Shown: positions 1 through 14,629, counted from the stretch's first letter. The stretch: 64,000 nt of DNA from Macrostomum lignano (GCA_002269645.1 NIVC01001892.1:1-64000); one strand, 5' to 3'. Notes: generated by a model from the sequence alone, not told the origin. Made by a program: numbers and translations.

Positions 1-132
1 TAGCGAAGTTTATAACTTGCTCTTCACCAGCTATGGTATGCGTGTGTTTAGCTGACCATAATGTAGCGAAGTTTATAACTTGCTCTTCACCAGCTATGGT
101 ATGCGTGTGTTTAGCTGACCATAATGTAGCGA
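1..132. repeat. 63-bp tandem repeat (2 full copies plus a partial; may continue left of the window)
   Basis: tagcgaagtttataacttgc...gctgaccataatg at 1-63 and 64-126, then tagcga. Confidence 0.9.
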
Positions 133-169
133 GGTAGTAGTTTTTTAAGGAATTTTTGTAGAGTGTAAT

Positions 170-3100
170 TACTTTAGGGTCATAGCCGGGGGACATATTA
201 GGATCATAGACAGCCGGAGCAGATTAATGTCAAACAGCCGGGGGCAGATTAGAGTCATAAACAGCCGAGGGCAGATTGAGTCATTGACAGCCGGGGGGGG
301 CAGATTTAGGGTCATAGACAGCCGCGGGGAGGGGCAGATTGGGGTCAAAGACAGCCGCGGGGAGGGGCAGATTGGGGTCATAGACAGCTGCAGGCAGATT
401 AGGTTCAAAGACAGCCAGGGGGCAGATTAGGTCATAGCAGGGGGGGGCAGATTAGGGTCTTAGCCGAGTGGGGGCAGATTAGGGTCATAGACAGCGGGGC
501 GGGGCAGATTAGGTTCAAAGACAGCCAGGGGCAGATTAGGGTCATAGCCGGGGGGCAGATTAGGGTCATAGCCGAGGGGCAGATTAGGGTCATAGCCGGG
601 GGGCAGATTAGGGTCATAGCCGGGGGGCAGATTAGGGTCATAGCCGGGGGGCAGATTAGGGTCATAGCCGGGGGCAGATTAGGGTCATAGCCGGGGGGGC
701 AGATTAGGGTCATAGCCGGGGGCAGATTAGGGTCATAGCCGGGGGCAGATTAGGGTCATAGCCGGGGCAGATTAGGGTCATAGCCGGGGGCAGATTAGGT
801 CATAGCCGGGGGCAGATTAGGGTCATAGCCGGGGGCAGATTAGGGTCATAGGCCGGGGGCAGATTAGGGTCAAAGACAGCCGGGGGCAGATTAGGTCATA
901 GACAGCCGGGGGCAGATTAGGGTCAAAGACAGCCGGGGGCAGATTAGGGTCAAAGACAGCCGGGGGCAGATTAGGGTCAAAGACAGCCGGGGGCAGATTA
1001 GGGTCAAAGACAGCCGGGGGCAGATTAGGGTCAAAGACAGCCGGGGGGCAGATTAGGGTCAAAGACAGCCGGGGGCAGATTAGATCAAGACAGCCGGGGG
1101 CAGATTAGGGTCAAAGACAGCCGGGGGGCAGATTAGGGTCAAAGACAGCCGGGGGCAGATTAGGTCAAAGACAGCCGGGGGGCAGATTAGGGTCAAAGAC
1201 AGCCGGGGGCAGATTAGGGTCAAAGACAGCCGGGGGGCAGATTAGGGTCAAAGACAGCCGGGGGCAGATTAGGGTCAAAGACAGCCGGGGGCAGATTAGG
1301 GTCAAAGACAGCCGGGGCAGATTAGGGTCAAAGACAGCCGGGGGGCAGATTAGGGTCAAAGACAGCCGGGGGGCAGATTAGGGTCAAAGACAGCCGGGGG
1401 CAGATTAGGGTCAAAGACAGCCGGGGGGCAGATTAGGGTCAAAGACAGCCGGGGGCAGATTAGGGTCAAAGACAGCCGGGGGGCAGATTAGGGTCAAAGA
1501 CAGCCGGGGGCAGATTAGGGTCAAAGACAGCCGGGGGCAGATTAGGGTCAAAGACAGCCGGGGGGCAGATTAGGGTCAAAGACAGCCGGGGCAGATTAGG
1601 GTCAAAGACAGCCGGGGGGCAGATTAGGGTCAAAGACAGCCGGGGGCAGATTAGGGTCAAAGACAGCCGGGGGGCAGATTAGGGTCAAAGACAGCCGGGG
1701 GCAGATTAGGGTCAAAGACAGCCGGGGCAGATTAGGGTCAAAGACAGCCGGGGGGCAGATTAGGGTCAAAGACAGCCGGGGCAGATTAGGGTCAAAGACA
1801 GCCGGGGGCAGATTAGGGTCAAAGACAGCCGGGGGGCAGATTAGGGTCAAAGACAGCCGGGGGCAGATTAGGGTCAAAGACAGCCGGGGGCAGATTAGGG
1901 TCAAAGACAGCCGGGGCAGATTAGGGTCATAGACGGGGGCAGATTAGGGTCAAAGACAGCCGGGCAGATTAGGGTCATAGCCGGGGGCAGATTAGGGTCA
2001 AAGACAGCCGGGCAGATTAGGGTCAAAGACAGCCGGGGCAGATTAGGGTCAAAGACAGCCGGGGGCAGATTAGGGTCAAAGACAGCCGGGGGGCAGATTA
2101 GGGTCAAAGACAGCCGGGGGGCAGATTAGGGTCAAAGACAGCCGGGGGCAGATTAGGGTCAAAGACAGCCGGGGGCAGATTAGGGTCAAAGACAGCCGGG
2201 GCAGATTAGGGTCAAAGACAGCCGGGGGGCAGATTAGGGTCAAAGACAGCCGGGGGCAGATTAGGGTCAAAGACAGCCGGGGGGCAGATTAGGGTCAAAG
2301 ACAGCCGGGGGGCAGATTAGGGTCAAAGACAGCCGGGGGGCAGATTAGGGTCAAAGACAGCCGGGGGCAGATTAGGGTCAAAGACAGCCGGGGGGCAGAT
2401 TAGGGTCAAAGACAGCCGGGGGCAGATTAGGGTCAAAGACAGCCGGGGGCAGATTAGGGTCAAAGACAGCCGGGGGCAGATTAGGGTCAAAGACAGCCGG
2501 GGGGCAGATTAGGGTCAAAGACAGCCGGGGGGCAGATTAGGGTCAAAGACAGCCGGGGGCAGATTAGGTCAAAGACAGCCGGGGGCAGATTAGGGTCAAA
2601 GACAGCCGGGGGCAGATTAGGTCAAAGACAGCCGGGGGGCAGATTAGGGTCAAAGACAGCCGGGGCAGATTAGGGTCAAAGACAGCCGGGGGCAGATTAG
2701 GGTCAAAGACAGCCGGGGGGCAGATTAGGGTCAAAGACAGCCGGGGGGCAGATTAGGGTCAAAGACAGCCGGGGCAGATTAGGGTCAAAGACAGCCGGGG
2801 GCAGATTAGGGTCAAAGACAGCCGGGGGGCAGATTAGGGTCAAAGACAGCCGGGGGCAGATTAGGGTCAAAGACAGCCGGGGGGCAGATTAGGGTCAAAG
2901 ACAGCCGGGGGCAGATTAGGGTCAAAGACAGCCGGGGGCAGATTAGGGTCAAAGACAGCCGGGGGCAGATTAGGGTCAAAGACAGCCGGGGGGCAGATTA
3001 GGGTCAAAGACAGCCGGGGGGCAGATTAGGGTCAAAGACAGCCGGGGGCAGATTAGGGTCAAAGACAGCCGGGGGGCAGATTAGGGTCAAAGACAGCCGG

Positions 3101-6100
3101 GGGCAGATTAGGGTCAAAGACAGCCGGGGGGCAGATTAGGGTCAAAGACAGCCGGGGGCAGATTAGGGTCAAGCCGGGGGCAGATTAGGGTCAAAGACAG
3201 CCGGGGGGCAGATTAGGGTCAAAGACAGCCGGGGGCAGATTAGGGTCAAAGACAGCCGGGGGCAGATTAGGGTCAAAGACAGCCGGGGGGCAGATTAGGG
3301 TCAAAGACAGCCGGGGGCAGATTAGGGTCAAAGACAGCCGGGGGCAGATTAGGGTCAAAGACAGCCGGGGCAGATTAGGGTCAAAGACAGCCGGGGGGCA
3401 GATTAGGGTCAAAGACAGCCGGGGGCAGATTAGGTCAAAGACAGCCGGGGGGCAGATTAGGGTCAAAGACAGCCGGGGGCAGATTAGGGTCAAAGACAGC
3501 CGGGGGCAGATTAGGGTCAAAGACAGCCGGGGGCAGATTAGGGTCAAAGACAGCCGGGGGCAGATTAGGTCAAAGACAGCCGGGGGCAGATTAGGGTCAA
3601 AGACAGCCGGGGGCAGATTAGGTCAAAGACAGCCGGGGGCAGATTAGGGTCAAAGACAGCCGGGGCAGATTAGGGTCAAAGACAGCCGGGGGCAGATTAG
3701 GGTCAAAGACAGCCGGGGGCAGATTAGGGTCAAAGACAGCCGGGGGCAGATTAGGGTCAAAGACAGCCGGGGGCAGATTAGGTCAAAGACAGCCGGGGGC
3801 AGATTAGGTCAAAGACAGCCGGGGGCAGATTAGGGTCAAGACAGCCGGGGGCAGATTAGAGTCAAAGACAGCCGGGGGCAGATTAGGGTCATAGACAGCC
3901 GGGGGCAGATTAGGTCAAAGACAGCCGGGGGCAGATTAGAGTCAAAGACAGCCGGGGGCAGATTAGGGTCATAGACAGCCGGGGGCAGTTTAGAGTCAAA
4001 GACAGCCGGGGGGCAGATTAGGGTCAAAGACAGCCGGGGGCAGATTAGGGTCATAGACAGCCGGGGGGCAGATTAGGGTCAAAGACAGCCGGGGGGCAGA
4101 TTAGGGTCAAAGACAGCCGGGGGCAGATTAGGGTCAAAGACAGCCGGGGGCAGATTAGGGTCAAAGACAGCCGGGGGGCAGATTAGGGTCAAAGACAGCC
4201 GGGGGGCAGATTAGGGTCAAAGACAGCCGGGGGCAGATTAGGGTCAAAGACAGCCGGGGGCAGATTAGGGTCAAAGACAGCCGGGGGCAGATTAGGGTCA
4301 AAGACAGCCGGGGGGCAGATTAGGGTCAAAGACAGCCGGGGGCAGATTAGGGTCAAAGACAGCCGGGGGCAGATTAGGGTCAAAGACAGCCGGGGGCAGA
4401 TTAGGGTCAAAGACAGCCGGGGGCAGATTAGGGTCAAAGACAGCCGGGGGGCAGATTAGGGTCAAAGACAGCCGGGGGCAGATTAGGGTCAAAGACAGCC
4501 GGGGGGCAGATTAGGGTCAAAGACAGCCGGGGGCAGATTAGGGTCAAAGACAGCCGGGGGCAGATTAGGGTCAAAGACAGCCGGGGGGCAGATTAGGGTC
4601 AAAGACAGCCGGGGGCAGATTAGGGTCAAAGACAGCCGGGGGCAGATTAGGGTCAAAGACAGCCGGGGGCAGATTAGGGTCAAAGACAGCCGGGGGCAGA
4701 TTAGGGTCAAAGACAGCCGGGGGCAGATTAGGGTCAAAGACAGCCGGGGGCAGATTAGGGTCAAAGACAGCCGGGGGCAGATTAGGGTCAAAGACAGCCG
4801 GGGGCAGATTAGGGTCAAAGACAGCCGGGGGCAGATTAGGGTCAAAGACAGCCGGGGGCAGATTAGGGTCAAAGACAGCCGGGGGCAGATTAGGGTCAAA
4901 GACAGCCGGGGGCAGATTAGGGTCAAAGACAGCCGGGGGCAGATTAGGGTCAAAGACAGCCGGGGGCAGATTAGGGTCAAAGACAGCCGGGGGCAGATTA
5001 GGGTCAAAGACAGCCGGGGGCAGATTAGGGTCAAAGACAGCCGGGGGCAGATTAGGGTCAAAGACAGCCGGGGGCAGATTAGGGTCAAAGACAGCCGGGG
5101 GCAGATTAGGGTCAAAGACAGCCGGGGGCAGATTAGGGTCAAAGACAGCCGGGGGCAGATTAGGGTCAAAGACAGCCGGGGGCAGATTAGGGTCAAAGAC
5201 AGCCGGGGGCAGATTAGGGTCAAAGACAGCCGGGGGCAGATTAGGTCAAAGACAGCCGGGGGGCAGATTAGGGTCAAAGACAGCCGGGGGGCAGATTAGG
5301 GTCAAAGACAGCCGGGGGGCAGATTAGGGTCAAAGACAGCCGGGGGCAGATTAGGGTCAAAGACAGCCGGGGGGCAGATTAGAGTCAAAGACAGCCGGGG
5401 GCAGATTAGGGTCAAAGACAGCCGGGGGCAGATTAGAGTCAAAGACAGCCGGGGGGCAGATTAGGGTCAAAGACAGCCGGGGGGCAGATTAGGGTCAAAG
5501 ACAGCCGGGGGCAGATTAGGGTCAAAGACAGCCGGGGGGCAGATTAGGGTCAAAGACAGCCGGGGGCAGATTAGAGTCAAAGACAGCCGGGGGCAGATTA
5601 GAGTCAAAGACAGCCGGGGGCAGATTAGGGTCAAAGACAGCCGGGGGCAGATTAGAGTCAAAGACAGCCGGGGGCAGATTAGGGTCATAGACAGCCGGGG
5701 GCAGATTAGAGTCAAAGACAGCCGGGGGCAGATTAGAGTCAAAGACAGCCGGGGGCAGATTAGGGTCATAGACAGCCGGGGGCAGTTTAGAGTCAAAGAC
5801 AGCCGGGGGGCAGATTAGGGTCATAGACAGCCGGGGGCAGATTAGGGTCATAGCCGGGTGGGGGGCAGATTAGGGTCAAAGACAGCCGGGGGCAGATTAG
5901 GGTCATAGACAGCCGGGGGCAGTTTAGAGTCAAAGACAGCCGGGGGGCAGATTAGGGTCAAAGACAGCCGGGGGCAGATTAGGGTCAAAGACAGCCGGGG
6001 GGCAGATTAGGGTCAAAGACAGCCGGGGGCAGATTAGGGTCAAAGACAGCCGGGGGGCAGATTAGAGTCAAAGACAGCCGGGGGCAGATTAGGGTCAAAG

Positions 6101-7797
6101 ACAGCCGGGGGCAGATTAGGGTCAAAGACAGCCGGGGGCAGATTAGGGTCAAAGACAGCCGGGGGCAGATTAGAGTCAAAGACAGCCGGGGGCAGATTAG
6201 GGTCAAAGACAGCCGGGGGCAGATTAGGGTCAAAGACAGCCGGGGGCAGATTAGGGTCAAAGACAGCCGGGGGCAGATTAGGGTCAAAGACAGCCGGGGG
6301 GCAGATTAGGGTCAAAGACAGCCGGGGGCAGATTAGGGTCAAAGACAGCCGGGGGCAGATTAGAGTCAAAGACAGCCGGGGGCAGATTAGGGTCAAAGAC
6401 AGCCGGGGGCAGATTAGGGTCAAAGACAGCCGGGGGCAGATTTGGGTCAAAGACAGCCGGGGGGCAGATTAGGGTCAAAGACAGCCGGGGGCAGATTAGG
6501 GTCAAAGACAGCCGGGGGCAGATTAGGGTCAAAGACAGCCGGGGGCAGATTAGGGTCAAAGACAGCCGGGGGGCAGATTAGGGTCAAAGACAGCCGGGGG
6601 CAGATTAGGGTCAAAGACAGCCGGGGGCAGATTAGAGTCAAGACAGCCGGGGGCAGATTAGGGTCAAAGACAGCCGGGGGCAGATTAGGGTCAAAGACAG
6701 CCGGGGGCAGATTAGGGTCAAAGACAGCCGGGGGCAGATTAGAGTCAAAGACAGCCGGGGGGGCAGATTAGAGTCAAAGACAGCCGGGGGCAGATTAGAG
6801 TCAAAGACAGCCGGGGGGCAGTTTAGAGTCAAAGACAGCCGGGGGCAGTTTAGAGTCAAAGACAGCCGGGGGCAGATTAGGGTCAAAGACAGCCGGGGGG
6901 CAATTTAGAGTCAAAGACAGCCGGGGGCAGATTAGAGTCAAAGACAGCCGGGGGGCAGATTAGAGTCAAAGACAGCCGGGGGCAGATTAGAGTCAAAGAC
7001 AGCCGGGGGCAGATTAGGGTCAAAGACAGCCGGGGGCAGATTAGAGTCAAAGACAGCCGGGGGGCAGATTAGAGTCAAAGACAGCCGGGGGCAGATTAGA
7101 GTCAAAGACAGCCGGGGGCAGATTAGGGTCAAAGACAGCCGGGGGCAGATTAGAGTCAAAGACAGCCGGGGGGCAGATTAGAGTCAAAGACAGCCGGGGG
7201 GCAGATTAGAGTCAAAGACAGCCGGGGGGCAGATTAGAGTCAAAGACAGCCGGGGGGCAGATTAGGGTCAAAGACAGCCGGGGGGCAGATTAGAGTCAAA
7301 GACAGCCGGGGGCAGATTAGGGTCAAAGACAGCCGGGGGGCAGATTAGAGTCAAAGACAGCCGGGGGCAGATTAGAGTCAAAGACAGCCGGGGGCAGATT
7401 AGAGTCAAAGACAGCCGGGGGGGGCAGATTAGGGTCAAAGACAGCCGGGGGGCAGATTAGAGTCAAAGACAGCCGGGGGCAGATTAGGGTCAAAGACAGC
7501 CGGGGGCAGTTAGAGTCAAAGACAGCCGGGGGGCAGATTAGAGTCAAAGACAGCCGGGGGCAGATTAGGGTCAAAGACAGCCGGGGGGCAGATTAGAGTC
7601 AAAGACAGCCGGGGGGCAGATTAGAGTCAAAGACAGCGGGGGGCAGATTAGGGTCAAAGACAGCCGGGGGGCAGATTAGGGTCAAAGACAGCCGGGGGCA
7701 GATTAGAGTCAAAGACAGCCGGGGGGCAGATTAGGGTCAAAGACAGCCGGGGGGCAGATTAGGGTCAAAGACAGCCGGGGGGCAGATTAGAGTCACA
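170..7797. repeat. 27/28-bp G-rich satellite, about 7.6 kb, probably inside an ALG8 intron
   Basis: Unit gacagccggggg(g)cagattagggtcaaa. Degenerate left edge, a shorter ~22-23-bp variant near 520-860, and an 'agagtc' variant increasing to the right. Ends about 33 nt before the ALG8 acceptor. Confidence 0.97.
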
Positions 7798-7830
7798 GCC
7801 AAGTTCATAAATATCCTGGCCCGCCCGCAG

Positions 7831-8576
7831 AGTGCTGGATCAAGTACAGCTTATTCGCCAGCTACACCCTGGCGACGGCTCACGCAGTCAGCCTCGAATT
7901 CCCAGCTTTGCTGTCGGCACCGAGCCGCCTGCTGCCTCCGTGCGTGATCGGCCTGGCCCCGTTGCTATTGGCAACTGACTGGCTTCTGCCGCAGCTGCTG
8001 GCTCCGCGGCTGCCCTTCCTGCCGCTGATGCTGACCTCTCTGTACTGCGCTGTGTGCCTGGCCTGGGCCTACTGCACACTGCTTGCCCGCTTCCTGCTGC
8101 CTGTCGGTGCGCGAAGCAGAAAACTGGCTGACCGGCTGCTCTGGAGCAGACCATTCGCTAATTCAAACCTTCACGGATCCGACCCTTCACGGATCCGACC
8201 CTTCATGGATCCGACCCTTCACGGATCCGACCCTTCATGGATCCGACCCTTCATGGATCCGACCCTTCACGGATCCGACCCTTCATGGATCCGACCCTTC
8301 ATGGATCCGACCCTTCATGGATCCGACCCTTCATGGATCCGACCCTTTCACGGATCCAACCCATTCACGGATCCGACCCATTCACGGATCCGACCCATTC
8401 ACGGATCCGATCCTTCACTAATTCAAACCCTCACTGATTCGACCCTTCACAAAATCCGAGTTCTCGCATTCCTTATCGAGGCTTTATTTAAATTCTTAGC
8501 CAACAAAAAATCGTGTGTTGCTACTATACGTAGTTTTATAGCAATTTGCCAAATTATTGTAAAATCAATGCATTAA
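7831..8576 (+). CDS. ALG8: Terminal exon of ALG8 (dolichyl-PP Glc1Man9GlcNAc2 alpha-1,3-glucosyltransferase); C-terminus uncertain
   Basis: Acceptor ccgcccgcAG at 7829-7830. Translation CWIKYSLFASY...VIGLAPLLL...RLPFLPLMLTSLYCAVCLAWAY matches the recalled ALG8 C-terminal motif (Y/L)PF(I/L)PLLLTSVYCAVG. As assembled the frame runs through a 16-bp repeat to 8576; one extra A at 8120-8123 would end it RKTG* at 8131. Confidence 0.8.
8172..8415. repeat. 16-bp minisatellite (cacggatccgaccctt)
   Basis: About 15 copies, each with GGATCC. Flanked by the direct repeat ctaattcaaacc. Confidence 0.92.
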
Positions 8577-8979
8577 CTGTGCTTCTGCTTCAATATTTTC
8601 TGCTTTCTGGTGTCCTTAGTCTTTGTATATTACTTTTTTTTGCTATGCCAGTGCCCTAATCAGTTTAGCATTTCCATATGCGGTGGGAGCATTTATGAGC
8701 AGGCCTGAATTCAATATCTTTTTTAACTACTAGGATATACATACTTAATAAATTGGTACAGCTAGAACTGTCCGGTGATTTCAGTTCGCAGAGCTTATGA
8801 GCAATGGGTCCCAGCCACATCCAATAGCAATAGCTGCAGTCAGGCTGCAGTCACCATGGCCTTGGCATAACCGAGACAAATGCCAAGTTAGTTTCACTGG
8901 CCCCCAAGATTGTCTATGGCCAAAAGCCCATTGATTCAGTGCAAAGCCAGCGAGACAGAAGCTGTCTGTGGTAAAAACT

Positions 8980-9659
8980 TCACTCGCTGCTGTGTTGACT
9001 ATAACTGATATGCGATTGTATCTTGCTAGTGTCTATTTTAACTGACTTGTTATACTGTGTAAGAAACGCAGTGTCTGGACCATAGACAGCTGCGTCGATT
9101 ACACGCTGACCAAAATAAATAAAAGTACGACGTATATCTATTTTTTCAAGCTTCAAGTAACTGATTATATAGACTGCAAACTCGCAATGTAAATCAGTGA
9201 TTCCGTCCGCCATGTCCCTAACCACGAAACAGTTGTAGAGCGGTCCGTTGAAATTGAACACAATAGGTCGATTGCCATTGGTAGACGGATGATCCTCCAT
9301 GAAGCGTTCGAGTTTTCGAACGTAGAGATTCGTCACAGGTGTAACACTACGACTAATGGCTCCATCTTCAATCCCAGTCACTATTTTCTCAAGATCAAGT
9401 AGTTCGTTCTCCTCGCCTGGAAGCTGCTCAAATAGCTTCTCCAACAAACTCTTCAATCTCAATCCGAGCTCTTCAGGTCGATTTCTGCTGGCTAGGGCAG
9501 TTGATTCTGCGAAATATTGTTCATGACTTCCTTGAGCAGGCGTTAAACCGGATATTATATCGTTTGAAAGGCTCGCAAATCTATAGCTGCAGGCGAATTG
9601 TTTGAGCGGGCTCCATTCTAAAATTCTATTTGCTATCTCGATTGCTCTTTCCTTATAGT
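8980..9659 (-). CDS. Probable terminal exon (about 226 codons) of an unassigned AT-rich gene
   Basis: The frame of ORF 8980-9462 stays open upstream to 9666. A pyrimidine tract plus AG acceptor lies at 9661-9660. Non-repetitive, protein-like sequence with no recognised family. Confidence 0.45.
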
Positions 9660-11609
9660 CTTGCAGTCAGTGTGAAAGAAAAGAGTTGTCTATGAAATAT
9701 ACTATTGAGATACAATCACACTAATATATCGATGCCTTGTGATACGGAGGCATCGTATCACTGTTCTATTCTGAGCGCACTCGTGCCATAGACATAGAGA
9801 CGCGCCATTTTTTAAAGCAGAAGATTGTCTATGGCAGCTGTGTATGGCAAAGCTTGGCAGAAAAGCTAGCGTACACTTCTGTGCTCAATAACTCGCCTCT
9901 GGAGCAATTTTTCGCAACCAAATGTTTGTGGGAAAAACTTACAAATGTTTACTGTGGACCTGTTAAATTACTGTGCTATAGGCCTAACTGCTCACTCACA
10001 GTGAGCGCACAAAGTGTTACCTTTTTTGGGACACCCATTATTAATCTACCATTTGCAATTCATTTGGTCTACTCTGCTAGACTATTTCAAATTTACCATA
10101 GACAGCTGTGTTCCCGCAAAACTTTTGTCCCCCAGGCTTTTACATTAAACAGCTGGCCTCGTGCTGCCACTGTATCGACTTGTACCTGAGCTTCAACATT
10201 CTGAATTCGCACCCGAGACCATAGACTATCAATTTGGCTACTTACCATAAAGAAAAACTTCAGTGAACGAAAAGGTTTTGTAGTTTGAAGGAATTCAATT
10301 TAAGTCATTCTGTCTGCAGCCACTCTGCAGCTGACTCGTTCCAGACCCCGCGGCCCCATCCATGTTGGCAGATGAAGACTAGCATTTTATTGCTAATGAT
10401 GCAGTTACAGTTGGGTAATCACTTGGTATAGTCCCCCTGGCCCGTGCGCCTTCGCCTCATCCATTTGGCTAGCAATTTTATGCGCGCAGACTATGCATAA
10501 AATTTCCCTATAAAGCTTCGATATTGTCGGCGAGTCGGCCCCGCGGAACACCGCCCCAAAATCGATGAGGCTCCTCGGATTGCACTTTTATTGCTTTTGA
10601 TCCAGCCATCCATCGGGCTCTCTGCTGGCTGCATAATGAAATATTCTCTTTCTCGTGTTATCCTTTGTAAATTTCTTCTCCTGTCTGGCCCCGCCCTGGG
10701 GCTGCATGATATAGCTAGTAACTAAAATAATATGAAGATCAATTAATTGTAAAAAATTCTTTATAAAATCCGTTGAAGCAACATGTTTTGAAAGTTATAT
10801 CAAAAGAAGGGCTTTGTATCTGCTTCTAATAAAAAGCTATCACCATTTTAAAGTGAAAAAGTGAAAAGTTCCTATCTCGCTAGTGCATTTTTCCGTGAAA
10901 ATCAGCCTTTAATAAATTTTCCAAGAAACGAAGTGTCCCGTCCTTCTTCTAGTGGTCCTTGGAGAAAAGCTGTCTCTTTCTTAGAATATTTGTCTCGCTC
11001 GGTGAGACAAAAATCGGCCTTCAAATATCGAATATGCTTGCCTGGGGGAATGAGTCTTAGTGCAGATTATAAATAGAGCTTGGGTTGTTTGCTGTCTTAA
11101 TGCCTATTGGTCAATGGTTCTATCTGCTTATTATAGAAACAACTGTGAGTGATTTTTATCGATTTTTATCGCTATTATATTTCGGCTGCAGGGCAGACAA
11201 GCAAGCAGACGCGCTTCGCAGTAAGTGTTTTTTTCTAGCGCTTGCCTTGTGTAGGCGTTGTGATCAGTTTTCTTTCTTTAAATCTGTTTTTTTCCTGCTT
11301 ACGCGCCAATTTCAAATATCCAAGTTGGGGCTGCCTTGTATTTCGATACACTTGGGTGGCAACAGTTGCCAATGCGGCTGCTCTGATTATTCTAGCTGGT
11401 CCGGGGCTGCTCTCACTACTCGCCTCCGTTAATTAATAAATTAATACTTGAAAGTTATTTTTAGGCCGCGGCTGTCGTCAGCACTGCGGCGGCTTTGGGC
11501 TTATTTATTATTCAATCGCTATGGGAGTCGTGTGACTCATTGCCCGTCTGGGCTACTCACGCTGTTATTAGTTGCTGAGGGGCCTGATTGATGGCTGCAT
11601 AAGTGGGTG

Positions 11610-12505
<896 letters not shown>

Positions 12506-12971
12506 ACTATCTAGTAGGATATTTATCATCTAGATTATCAGTACTGATCGGATCGAACGCTCGAGAAAGTCCGAATGCAGGCTGTCGGATTTCATCCGCA
12601 TTGAATTGTTCCAAACAGGCTTTAAATGAATGCAAGTTGAAGAGACTTCTACCCGAACTAATTTTATGAGTCCTTTTTGCGGCCGGGTCAATAGATATTG
12701 ATAATAAGACACAGGTATGTGTAAACAGGTGGGCTGATAATAGGCTCAGGTGATTAAGTATTGATAAACACATGATAGGCACTAAGCATATTCACATTTC
12801 ACATTCCCAATAAACACCTTTTTGCTGCATATTGAGAACGGCAGCATCGGCAGTTCCAGGCATCTCGCTGCGCCCAGGCCTCTAAATCGAAACTGGACCC
12901 CAGCAGCACCGCCAGACCGCTTTTAGTGGTGCAGCAGTGCGGAGTTCCATTCGCATAAGCGGAAACTGAAG

Positions 12972-13082
12972 ATGAAGCTGTCTGATGAGGCTGAACAGGA
13001 GCTGGCCCAGGTGGAGAGCGTGCTGAAACCACTGCCCAATGTGAAACTGGAGGCGCGGCTGGACACCACGCTCAGATTTCAG
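12972..13082 (+). CDS. Tandem-RWD + RING-H2 protein, exon 1
   Basis: ATG at 12972 with an upstream in-frame stop. 37 codons MKLSDEAEQEL...TTLRFQ. Donor GTTAGT at 13083, phase 0. Confidence 0.7.
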
Positions 13083-13375
13083 GTTAGTTCTAGGTGTACT
13101 TTTAGAGTGCGCAGGAAACATAATTATAGTTCTGTCAATCAAATGTCTCATTATTTTATCTTGGATATGCTGGAACTGCTGAGAGCAATAGAGCAGAAAT
13201 TGCAATATAGAATGCAGCAAATCATATTGCCAACAGGAGTGGAACGAATGGGAAGAGCATACGAGTGCATGAGGCGAACGCATGCTCATGTAATAGTTGG
13301 TGCTGCCCTTGCAGTTCAATCTGCTAGACACCTCTGGATTGAGTCCGGGATCTTGATGCTAATGAAGGGATTTTG

Positions 13376-13905
13376 AAATTTAGTGTGGGGGTGTTGGGAT
13401 TTAGTGTGGAGATATTGGGATTTAGTGTGAGGATTTTAAAATTTACTGTGTGGGTGTTGGGATTTATTGTGGGGATATTGGGATTTAGTGTGGGGATATT
13501 GGAGTTTAGTGTGGGGATCTTGGGATTTAGTGGGAATATTGGGAATTAGTGTGGGGATCTTGGAATTTAGTGTGGGATCTTGGGATTTAGTGTGATGATC
13601 TTGGGATTTAGTGTGATGATCTTGGGATTTAGTGTGATGATCTTGGGATTTAGTGTGATGATCTTGGAATTTAGTGTGATGATCTTGGGATTTAGTGTGA
13701 TGATCTTGGGATTTAGTGTGATGATCTTGGGATTTAGTGTGATGATCTTGGGATTTAGTGTGATGATCTTGGGATTTAGTGTGATGATCTTGGGATTTAG
13801 TGTGATGATCTTGGGATTTAGTGTGATGATCTTGGGATTTAGTGTGATGATCTTGGGATTTAGTGTGATGATCTTGGGATTTAGTGTGGGATCTTGGGAT
13901 TTGAT
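13376..13905. repeat. 21-bp minisatellite (ttgggatttagtgtgatgatc) in intron 1
   Basis: Homogeneous core at about 13580-13890 with a degenerate left part. Confidence 0.92.
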
Positions 13906-14051
13906 TGTCGCATAATTGCACCTTGGGATTTAAAAATTCAACCTCAAATTACCTCAGCACGTCACCAAATACATTATGTTAATTGAGTCTGTCCAGGAGC
14001 ATGTTCTACTGTTGATGGGGCTGTTAATAACCCGCGTCCCGCTCTCATCAG

Positions 14052-14450
14052 GTGAGCTTCTCCGCCAAGAAGACGCTGATCCTGCGCTGCCACCTACCCG
14101 AGGGCTATCCCGCCAGCCGGCTGGTCGCGGAGATCCGCAGCAAGACGCTCAGCCAGAAGCTCACGGACGGCCTGGCCCAGCTGGCCGAGGCCGAGGCCGA
14201 GAAGGCCACCGGGGGGCCGCAGGTCACCCGCACGGTTGCCTTCGTGCACAACTGGCTGCGGGACAACCCGCTCTGCTCGGCCGCCGAGGAGATCGCCGAG
14301 ATCAAATCGCGCCTGCTGGACAAGCAGGAGGGCGACCGGCTGAAGCTGCTGCAGGCCGAGTCCCGGGTGCAGCTGACCGCCGCCAAGGCCGGCTACCGCC
14401 TGAGCCTGCAGCTCACACTGCCTAATGACTATCCGGAGTCCAGGGCTGAG
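14052..14450 (+). CDS. Tandem-RWD + RING-H2 protein, exon 2
   Basis: Acceptor ctctcatcAG at 14050-51 and donor GTGAGG at 14451, both phase 0. Contains two RWD/UBC-like LP-x-x-YP motifs (CHLPEGYP, LTLPNDYP). Confidence 0.8.
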
Positions 14451-14464
14451 GTGAGGCCGGCGAC

Positions 14465-14476
14465 TGACAGACACTA

Positions 14477-14515
<39 letters not shown>

Positions 14516-14588
14516 CTAAGACAGACAGACACACAGACAGACAGACACTAAGACAGACAGACAGACACTAAGACAGACAGACACACTA

Positions 14589-14629
<41 letters not shown>

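Noticed and set aside
169-7574. Dozens of MTLICP.../PPAVFDPNL... ORFs
   Set aside because: Translations of the 27/28-bp satellite whose lengths are set by G5/G6 slippage.
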